64,000 bases of DNA, taken from Camelus dromedarius (lineage: Eukaryota). The notes under the pieces were generated by a model. That model did not search any database and was not told the origin of the DNA. It saw nothing but the letters and a program-made list of their open reading frames with translations. The translations under genes and the position numbers were made by a program. The stretch is from NCBI RefSeq assembly GCF_036321535.1, contig NC_087436.1:116128001-116192000 (forward strand). Direction: 5' to 3'. Positions 25,067 through 35,930 of the stretch are shown piece after piece; the first letter of the stretch is position 1; every line of letters begins with the position of its first letter.

Positions 25067-26408
25067 GTCTGGTTCAAGAAATGAGACACATCCTCCTTCT
25101 AACAGGGGGAGAATTTACTCTGGTTTGTATATTTATTTTCAGCTGCAAACTATTCTAATGTTCCCTGCCCCCAACAAAAACAAGTGCTGATCTCCATGCG
25201 TTTGGGGTCCAGGGTTGTGGGGTCCAGGGGACCTCGGTTGCTGACTCAGTTCAGCCCCTGCACGCTTGACCTGGGATTCCCGTTCTCTGCCTTCCTGTTT
25301 CCCCATCGACAGGGATAAGGACAGGACAAGATGATGGCACAGGGTTCTTTGGCTTCTGATGTTCTGTGGGTCTTTCCTGGCCATTTCTGGGGAAATGCAG
25401 GGACTTTCTGGGTGCTCGCCACCTGGGGGGAGATGATGACTGTCCCCTTAACCAAGGAGGCTCCCATCACCTGTCAGGAGACTGGGTCACACCCGAGCAG
25501 GGAGTGAGCCGTGCACATCCAAGTGCACAGAGGCAGCCTGGCTCCTGCCCACCCCAGTCTGCGAGCACGGCCCCCCTTTCCCACTCAGCTGCTCTGAGTA
25601 ATAAGAGGGCCCGTCCGCCCTCCTGTCACGGAGCTCTGCTGTGCTCTGCCTCTGCCAGTGTGTTTCTGCTTCTAATGAAGGATTTATTTAGGTCACCGCT
25701 GCCTTCTGTGCACAGCACCGCAGATTAAACGTGGCTCCCCTCCCGGGAGCCTCGCTCGGGGCCGCGCACACCTGGCAGCCGCGACTCAGGCAGGTGGGAA
25801 GGGCCCTCGGAGCGCCCCTTCCCAGACAGACAGCCTGGATCGTTTCCGTGTGTCACTGTCCTTTCTTCCGTGAGCCTCTTTCTGGTTGAGTCACCGCAGG
25901 ACTTCAGATCGTGAACAAATGCGTTTGACTAATTATCATTCTTGAACCCATTTATACCACACGGCCCTCTTTTATTTTTAGGGATAAAAGTAGCTACCAC
26001 AGTTGAAGGAAGGGCTCGCCACGGGCCAGGCAACACGGCATTGCTGTAAGCATCCACGTGGACTGTTTTATTTAATCCTCACAATTGATATATTGGCCAA
26101 CGCACTGGCTCTCTGGCACTGAGTTTTCATTGCTGTCTGGTGGGTTTTAAGTTGTAGAGCTGAGATTGGAGCCTGGGGTTTTGCTTCTAAATCCTCTGAA
26201 TTCCAACATCTCCCCTCTGCCCTTCTCCACAGATAATACCGCCCCTGTGGCCAGCCGGATCCCCCTCTATTTTGCCTACCGCAATCGTTTACAGTCCTGG
26301 AATTGAAAACAAACTTCCCCGACAACCATAAGAAACAAAGCCCAAAGGAGCATGAGCCAGCCCAGCCCAGGGCAAAGGAGAGGGTCAGACTCTGGCTCTG
26401 AATTGGCA

Positions 26409-26741
26409 CAGAGGTTCTAAGCTCACGGGTTCTTGCCGTCCCCAGGGCTGTGTGTGGGCAGACCAGTTCCTGTGGAAGCTTGTTAGAAACACAGACTCGG
26501 GCCTCTCCCCAGACCTCTGGGATCAGAATCTGCATTTTTCAAAAAAATTTTTTGGGGGGTGAGGTAATTAAGGTTTTTTAAAATGCATTTTTTATTTTGT
26601 GGAGGTACTGGGAATTGAACCCAGGACCTCGTTCATGCTAAGCGTGCACTGTACTGCTGAGCTATACCCTCCCCCCAGAATCTGTATTTTCAGCTCCATC
26701 CCCAGGGGACTGGAGTGCAGGCGTGAGTTTGGAAAGCCCTG
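26409..26741. mobile_element. MER5A1-like hAT-Charlie MITE, split by a SINE
   Basis: gcttgttagaaacacagactcgggcctctccccagacctctgggatcagaatctgcatttt [SINE] ...atccccagggga...gagtttggaaagccctg. Confidence 0.7.
26539..26675 (-). mobile_element. tRNA-Ala(AGC)-derived SINE, Vic-1-like (camelid)
   Basis: The reverse strand reads GGGGGAGGGTATAGCTCAGCAGTACAGTGCACGCTTAGCATGAACGAGGTCCTGGGTTCAATTCCCAGTACCTCCA (A box, B box, AGC anticodon), then an A-rich tail. 15-bp TSD CAGAATCTG(C/T)ATTTT at 26524-26538 and 26676-26690. Confidence 0.85.
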
Positions 26742-27815
26742 TGCCTGGCGACTCTAATGGGGAAGCCAGAGCTCTGGGAAAAAGCGGGCTTTAAGGATGG
26801 TCCTCAGAAATTTAGTTATCATGCTTCCTGGTCTGTGACCTTGAAAAGGTCACTTAAACTTCAAAGCATATTTCCGTATCTGCCTTGAGGAGAAAGACAG
26901 GCCGTTAACATTTGCTGACTGCCTACCGAGTGTCAGGCCGTGTGCTGTCTCTTTGGCCTGGGTAATCTTATTTAATCATGAAGGCATTCATGTGAGGTTG
27001 GTTTGAGCCCATTTTGCAGAATGGCACACTGAGCCCCAGAGAGATGATAAACTTCTCTGAGGTCAGTTAGCTCTAAGAATTCTAGCCTGGATCTGTCCAA
27101 CTGCAAAAGCTTCTTTGCTTTTTGACAATTACACACTGCCTTTTCACTGTTTAAAAATTATCAAATAAAATGAGAAGAAGTATTTCTTCATATTGCTACA
27201 AATATGACGGGGGATAATTCATACATGAGTGTTTACCTCCTGACACACAATGGGCGCTCAGGAGTAATCTCTCCCTCTCCAATACTCTTGTCAAATCCTT
27301 TATATGACTCGTGTGTCCGTGTTTTCATCACCCTGGTTATCCGAGGGGAGATTCTTGCCTGTGTCTGCTGTGTCTCCTGCTTTGGCTGAGAGGCTGGGGA
27401 GGCTTTCCTGCAGATGGAGGGTTCACGGGCATCCTTGTTCCGATGCGCTGAATGTCCCTCTTGTGAAATATTCTGGTCATTTCATTTCATCCATGAATAT
27501 ATTCCAGTGGTGGGACCGAAAGAATTGTATTAATTACATCTGAAATTTAGGTCACGATGTGCATTATTGTAATGAGAAGACTTAAGGAGAAAATTAAAAT
27601 ATTGTTGAAGGGTTATCTCACTGCTTCCCCTCCTTTTTTCATTCAAATATTTTCTAGATTCTCAGGTCATCTTGGTCAATCAGCATGAGAGGTTTTGAGG
27701 CTCCCTTTCAACATCTTGTGTCTGCTTGACCTTCTAGGGAGAAAAAACTCACTCCCGTTTGATGTAATCATTTTCAGAAATGGACAAACTGTTACGCTTT
27801 TCTCTTTTTTTAATG

Positions 27816-28447
27816 TTTTTTTTTTTTATTGAGGTGTAGTTGATTTACAATATTAGTTTCAGGTGTATAGTTAAGTGATCAGTTGTATATATACATACAT
27901 ATATATGTATTTTTTTTCTTTACAGATTCTTTTCCATTATATGTTATTACAAGAAATTGAATATAGTTCCTTGTGCTCTACATTAGGTCTTTGTTGTTTA
28001 CCTATTTTATATATACAGTAACATGTGTCTGTTAATCCCCAACCCCTAATTTATCTCTCCCCACCCTTTCCCCTTTGGTAACCATAGTTTGTTTTCTATG
28101 TCCCTGAATCTGTTTTTGGTTTGTAAATAGAATTTGTATTTATTTTTTAGTTTCCACATATAAGTGATATTATATGATATTTGTCTTTCTCTGTCTGATT
28201 TACTTCACTTAATATGGTAATCTCTAGGTCCATCCATGTTGCTGCAAATACATTATTTCATTCTTTTTGTGGCAGAGTAATATTCCATTATGTATGTACA
28301 GATACCACATCCTCTTTATCCAGTCATCTGTCGATAGACATTTAGGTTGCTTCCATGTCTTGGCTATTGTAACTAGTGCTGCTATGAACATTGGGGTGCA
28401 TGTGCCTTTTCGAATTATAGTTTCCTCCAGATATATGCCCAGGAGTA
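27816..28447 (-). mobile_element. 5'-truncated L1 (ORF2 C-terminus remnant plus 3' UTR)
   Basis: Poly-T tail. The minus-strand translation LGIYLEETIIRKGTCTPMFIAALVTIAKTWKQPKCLSTDDWIKRMWY is the L1 ORF2 C-terminal region. Confidence 0.92.
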
Positions 28448-28504
28448 TTGAATAGAAGGCCTTTCTCAGTGCCTTCAGCCATTTGCCTAACTTTCCACCA
28501 CATT

Positions 28505-29000
28505 TGACGTGTTCATTCAGCAAATAGGCTCTCTAGCACCTGCTGTGTCCCGGTGATCATGCCAGCCCCAGAGGATGCCACAGAGAGAGACAGGACACCA
28601 ATAGAGGAGCTCTGAACTGATACTGTCTGGTGCAGAGGCAGACAATCAACAAGCAAATATAATTTTGGAGTGTATATGAGGAGTATAAATCAGGATGATA
28701 GGGAAGAACGTGATGAAAGGAGAGCAGGTGGGCTGATGTGGCGGCGGGGAAAGCCAGCATTTGAAATAAAACCTGACAAGAGAAAGCCAGCCTCAGAAAG
28801 CCTGGGGCCAGCATCCTGGAAAGAGAGAGCTGCAAATGCCAGGCCCCAGAGCTGGCATGAACTTGGTGTGTTCAAACGAACAGAAAGGTCAGGGCTTGGC
28901 TTAAAGGAGCAGCTGAGATGGGCGGGGCAGGCGGGTCCCATCCTAGGTTCCTCCAAAGGCCTGGAAAGGAATTTGGATTTAATCCCTAGTGCAAGGGACC
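28505..29000. mobile_element. L2 fragment
   Basis: cattcagcaaata...agcacctgctgtgtcc...gagacaggacacc...ggaatttggatttaatccc resembles the L2 3' end. Confidence 0.55.
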
Positions 29001-29947
29001 TCCACCTGGAAAAGCCTGTGCCCTCTCCCGTGTGCTCCCCATGCCTGGCACGTGGTCAGCATCTTCGGAGAGGGGCCCAAGGAAGCCTGCTGCTGCTGAT
29101 GGGAAAGACTCTCAAATTCTTGACACTCAGGGCTTGGTTTATCATTGCAGGATGAAGAAAATGGTCTCCCTGATAAAAGGGACTGAACAGAGAGGGGCTG
29201 GATCTCTCTGTGGGACCTTTTAATCCATCTCCAAAGGGAGGGACAAGGTTCATTTTATGCTCCAGCCAGTCTGTTCCCTTCTGAGGAATCTTGTTCCTCA
29301 TCAGAGAATCAGTGCCCAGCATGAAGGTTCACCAGGACCAGAGACTCGCACCAAGGAGCCCAGCACCTGCATGTAGACTAACTGTGGGTATTTCCACCCG
29401 GGGTAAGGAGCAGCGAGATCTCTGACTTTGCCTGTTCAGACTGAGTTTGAATCCTAGTTCATCCGTAACTTTGTGGACAAACCACTTAATGTCCGTGAGC
29501 CTCACTTCGCTGTAATGATATCAGTTCTCTTGAGGACCTGCGGTGAGCATCACAGGGGTCCGGTGTGCAGAGCTGCTAGCCCAGGGTCTGCTCAGTAGCA
29601 AGTGTGGCAGGTGGCAGCCATCTTCATTGCTTTTGGGAGGAATGTGGCCCCGGGCTCCAGGTGCTCCTGAACCGTCTGTGTCTGTTCCCATGTTGGCTCA
29701 GGGCTCCAGACTTCCAGAAGATTCCCTTTGTTTAGCATTGCCTAGTTTAATTCTGGAAGGAGACAAATTAATTTATCTTTATGCTGCTTACAAGTTCAAA
29801 CTTGCCTTCCTGGTCTTTTTCTTGTTTGGGAAGCTCCGATTTTGTGAGCAGGGTAAGAGGTCTTACTATTAAGAGAGTACTTTCCACAATCAAAGAGCTT
29901 TCAAGTAAGAAATGCAACTCTTTGCAGTGTTGTCCATCTCTGTGTTC

Positions 29948-30208
29948 TGTGCTCTGTTCACCTCAGTTGCCAACAGCCACCTGTGGCCTTGAGATGTGCT
30001 GTAGAAGTAAATATATACACCCTGGAGTTTGAAGACGTAAAACACAAAGAAATGCAAAATATCCCCTTGATTATATATAGTGATGGTATGTTGGAGTGAT
30101 GACATTTTGGATACACTGGGTTATGTGAGTCAAATATTTCTTTCTAATGGGGCTCCTGGAAAATGTACCAGTACATAGGTGGGTCATTTTAACATCTCTA
30201 ATAAAAGC
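29948..30208. mobile_element. MER33-like hAT-Charlie MITE
   Basis: agccacctgtggc...gtaaatatatacacctggagtttgaagac...atgttggagtgatgacattttggatacactgggtta. Confidence 0.6.
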
Positions 30209-33200
30209 AATAATAAGATATGACCTGTCATAGGATGAGCTATGACTAAGTGTCGGGGACATAAATAGCAGTTACTATCACCTTTGAGACGGGCTGCTGT
30301 TACCTTCCTGAGCATCTCTCAGTTGCCTCTGGAGATCTGAGTTTTTCTGAGAATGTGGTAAAGCTGTGTGCTATACTTTTATTTACACAACTCATCTGCT
30401 GCAGTGACTCTGATGGGGAAGGTGCTGTGGTTGGCGTGATGGAGGGGAGCAGGTACTGGGGAATTCATCTCCTCGCTTAGCCAAAATGCTAGGGATGTAG
30501 CATGCATTCAATAAATATTTGTGTAATAAATGAAAAAAGGTCATATGTGATTCCCATTGCTTTTCTGTTGGACAGTACTGACAACTCATCTCGTTTCAGT
30601 CCCAAAGTAACCAGCTGAGGCAGGTGGAATCATTACCACATCACAGATGAGAAACTGAGGCTAAGAGAGGTTAAGTCACTTCGATGAAAGTCAAAACTAG
30701 AGTCAGGATCCCTGTGTAATTCCTTTAGACCCTCCTCCTGAGCAGAACAAATGAAGGAGTTTGACTCTGTTCTGTATGCGTGTGCTTGTGTATCCACTGA
30801 TTCTGGAGTTGGTGGCTGGGGCTTGCCACTGCTGGGATTTTGTGGGGGATTCTTCTTCAGGACCCCTAAAACGTTGCCATGATTTTATGCTAAGATCACG
30901 TGCCAAGGAGATGGCAGTACTCGCAGAGAGAGTACCAAACTGGGATGCAGGAGCCACACCCTCCAGGCTCCAATTTTCCATGTGACCTTGGGCCCATCAC
31001 CTCAGGGCCTCCTTAACCATAGATGAAAAGCAGGGACTCAATAGCACCCTTCTGCTCTGATGCTCACCACTCCATTGTCAAGATCAGCGTGGCCCAGATG
31101 TCCTGGCTTACAGATTCACCTGAGCTTGGACATCTTTCCTTTTCTGAGAGTGTTACTTAAAGGCACAGAAATTCTGGCTGTGCCACTGAGACACACACTG
31201 TCACCCTACAGCAGGAGGCACTTGGTTCTCAGTGGCCACTATGTGTGTGTGATATATTTTATATATATATTTAGATGTACAAATATATGTGTGTATATAT
31301 ACATAATATATATGTATGTATATACATCAAACTTAGCTAAAGTTTCATACATAAGACACATATACATATACGACTTCAACTAAATTTTTTTCCATATACC
31401 TCAAATATTTTTTAAGTGTAATGTAGAAGGGTTAGAACAAGTAAATATACACTTTTAGAAACTATACGCAAATGAGGAGCTTTTAAGGTACTAAGTACAC
31501 AGGCTTTTTTGTTTGTTTTTTTGTTTTGCTTTTGTAAAGAACAAACTGTATTTAGTTTCTTCTCCCCACTGTCTGCTGGTAATTCCCTTTTAGGAAGAAG
31601 AGCTCAGATGTGCACTGGACTCACCAGGATGCCTTATAAAAGAGTAGAGAGAGCAGGAATGGTCAGACAATATCAATTTCAGATCTGGGCTCCGACTCTG
31701 TCCCTCAGGCGTTGCATGATTGGGTTGCTTCCTGAGTCTGGACGCAGAGCTGTGATGTGGGGATAACACTGCCCACCACTAAGAGTACAGCTGTCCAGCG
31801 TGGAGAAGCTACCCTCGCTCCCTCCACCCCGCCCCCTGCACAGGCCACACCTGCACACACACACCGGCATACGCGTGCATTCGATGCACAGACACAAGCC
31901 CCCGAGTGCACCCACACATACCCCAAACATGTAAAAGCAAGCACAGTCGGTCTATCGGGTCGACCCACATGGGCTGTTGAAAAGGAAATGGAATTTCACT
32001 GAGACGTACTAAAATGTTCAGTTCACTAAAGCAAGTGGTCCCTTAAATTGAGCTCATCCAGTCAGTAAGACCAACCTTGAACCTATCTTGTTTGGCCAGC
32101 CCTCTTTAAACTTTTTTTTTTTTTTTCGTTTTTTCCCCTGAATAATCATGTCAGGTGATTTTGCAAGTCCCATTTCCAGTGTTCTGTGATGTTCTGAAGG
32201 TTTCCAGCTTTTCGATTGCTTGGTCTTTTATGTACATCTTTCCAACCAGCTCATGCAGTTAGTATCTGAGGGAGGCGGAGCAAGTAGTCTGATCATAAAC
32301 ACGGAAGCCCTGAGTGTTGTTCCTCGTTTGTATATTTTAGACACGTTTTAAACTAAAAAGGGTATTTTAAACTTGGCATAAAGAAGATGATGGGCCCTCT
32401 TGATAGAGAACATTTGTCTGGCTCTGTAAATCCCACAGTCCCCAAACTGGGCCCGTCTCCAGCTCTTCCTGAACGGTGTTTAGACAGAGATTACTTAAAA
32501 GAGACTTTCCAATCTCCTCTTTCCGGGAGAGGGTCAAACACAGAGTGCTGCTTATCAGCCCCCTAAAAACATCAACCATGGCTCGTTTGTCTTTGGGAAC
32601 TCCATGCCAACTAGCCCAGAAGGGCCTGCATCCACGGGGAAATTTCATGCCTACATGTGATGAATCTCAGACAGGTAAAGAGGAGAAGGAATGAAGGAGG
32701 CAGTTCATAGGAAGAGCCCTGCATGTAGAGTTTTAAATGTGGGCCTTGAATTTTGAAATGGACTAAATTTTTGTGTCCTTGGGGAAGACTCTCGTCCAAA
32801 ACTGTCCTGCCTTCCTCCCTTACCCATCCTTGTTATGCTGACGATCCACCAAGCCGACTGCAAGACCACTTTATAAACAGTAAAACTTTGCATGCATGAA
32901 GGTTTTTTCGTTCTTTCTGGTACCCTCACCTGTTTATCCCTCTAGGCCCACTTCAAACAATTCCTCTGCTAGGAAGCCATACTTCATTGTTTAGGGCAAA
33001 ATGAATGAATGTAGACACTCACACTAGCCTGCCCACACTAGAATCGTAGCATGTATCTCACTGATGCCTGCAGTCAGGTTGTATCAGTTAACCTTTGCCA
33101 AAGTTGTGCTGGAATATAAACCACCACAAATCTCAACAGCTACCACCACAGGCAGGCACTCCCATTCATGAGGGCAATGGCCGTGCTGCCCGCAGTGGAC

Positions 33201-33362
33201 TTCTGTCCCCTGGGTTGGATCAGGAGCCCCCGGTGGGTGGGGGAGCTGGAACAATGCCGGCTTCTAATCACTGGCCCCTCTGCCGGGGGCTGGCAGCTAG
33301 TAGTTATTTCACGGATGTTGACTGAGGGCCAAAAGACCTGTTCAACTGTTTCCTTTATCGCA

Positions 33363-33672
33363 CGGGGTGGCAAACTGTGACTGCAGGCCAAACCGGGCCT
33401 TGCTTTTGTGCCCACAGAGCGCTGCACATGTAAATGTTTGAAAAAGAATCAAAAGAAGAATAATAGTTAATGACCCGTGGAAATTATATGACGTTCAAAT
33501 GTCAGTGTCCATCCATAAAGTTTTACTGGGACACAACCACAGCCATTCCTCTGTGCATTTTCTCTGGGTGCTTTAGAGCCAAACAGCATAGTTGGAGTTG
33601 CCATAGATACTGCATGTCCCCAAAAGCCTAAAACATTTATTATCTTGCCTTCTACAGAAACTGCCACTCCTG
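33363..33672. mobile_element. MER58B-like hAT-Charlie MITE
   Basis: ggggtggcaaactgtgactgcaggccaaa...aaagaatcaaaagaagaataata...cataaagttttactgggacacaaccac...caaaagcctaaaacatttattatcttgccttctacagaaa. Confidence 0.8.
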
Positions 33673-33798
33673 CTTCACAGGACACAGAAACTGAGAACAC
33701 CCCAAGGTGGTGAACAACCATGCCCAAGACAGCAGAGTGGGCAGCTTGACTAAGCCGAGCATTTATTTGGGGTTAATAATTTCCCCTTTGTTTCCTAG

Positions 33799-34844
<1,046 letters not shown>

Positions 34845-35930
34845 TTTGCAATAAGCTAGGCTCGGAACATTTCCTGTTGTAAGTTCTGATGTACATCTGG
34901 GGAGGGGGGAAACAAAGAATTTTAAAAGGGCGTTTAAGCTATAATTTATTTGTAAAATCCATAAATTACTTCTGTACAGTATTAGATTCACAATTGCCAT
35001 ATATACTAGTTATATTTTTCTACTTGTTAAATCGAGGGCATTTTGTATTGTTTTTCATGGATGTTAACATTGTGTAATATGTCTCTATATGAAGGAACTA
35101 AAATATTTCACTGCTAAAAAAAAATCTGGAGATGCTCCCTTTTTTTTTTTGATGGTAATTAACTTGCCCCCAACTCAAAATAGCTTGTCGGTGTTCACTT
35201 ATGAAGCAATCTATAGAACAATCTATATTCCTTTGTTACTCAAAAAAAAAAAATGTTTTTCACAGCTATTGTGTAAATCTCTCCTCTCCTTTCTTCATTG
35301 CCTTCTAAATTTTTAATCCCTCGCTGTGGTCATCAGATTTATTTTTTACTGGCATTGTGAGATTTAGCTTCCCTGAGGTCCCCTCTTATTCTTGGGAGGT
35401 GCCAGTTTCACCCATTCCCAACTTCAGCAGGTAGTGTGGATTTTAATCCCGTGTAAACTCAAAGTGGACAAAGTAGTTAAGGCTGGGAAAGTTGTTAATA
35501 ACTAACGAAAGACTTGCCTCAAAGAAGGCTTAGACTTATGTCTGATTGCAGCCATCGGTGAAACTCCCAACAGTGGTTACCGGCCTTCAGAATGATCTCT
35601 GGGCTGCCAGCTGGCAGTGGGTCTCCAGAAAGCCACATAGAATAAAATCAACTCCAAATTTGGAGTCCTGAAGGTGAAAAGACATTTAAACTCCCAAGGG
35701 TTAAAATGGAAAAGAGAAAAATGCAAAGCAGGGTGTAGAGGACTGGCAATGCCTTGCACCTGCTCCAAGAGGCGAGGCGAGAGGCCTGATTTCAGTTTCA
35801 CTTCTGCCTCGAGCAACTAGGTTGTTGGAAGTGGTCACAGAAGACCCTCGGAGCCTCAGTTTTTTCATGCATTCTCCATTCTGCCAGCCTTTTACAGAAT
35901 TAAATAAACTGGGAGTTCTTCTTATTGTGA
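34845..35930 (+). other. HS3ST1: 3' UTR (end uncertain) with candidate poly(A) signals
   Basis: AT-rich sequence after the TGA with several TGTA motifs. Candidate signals: variant ACTAAA 35097-35102 (with a downstream T tract at 35140-35150), AATAAA 35641-35646, and overlapping ATTAAA/AATAAA 35899-35908. Confidence 0.55.

Larger units (their letters stand above)
5972..33798 (+). other. HS3ST1: Main intron of HS3ST1 (about 27.8 kb, GT-AG)
   Basis: GTGAGT at 5972. Acceptor ttcccctttgtttcctAG (AG at 33797-33798) with a TTAAT branch-like motif at 33773-33777 and no intervening AG. Confidence 0.8.

Noticed and set aside
26600..26675. Apparent tRNA-Ala(AGC) gene on the minus strand
   Set aside because: It has an A-rich tail, a 15-bp TSD and degenerate arms, so it is a SINE head rather than a tRNA gene.
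28224..28523. 99-aa ORF with similarity to L1 ORF2
   Set aside because: Remnant of a 5'-truncated L1, not a host gene.
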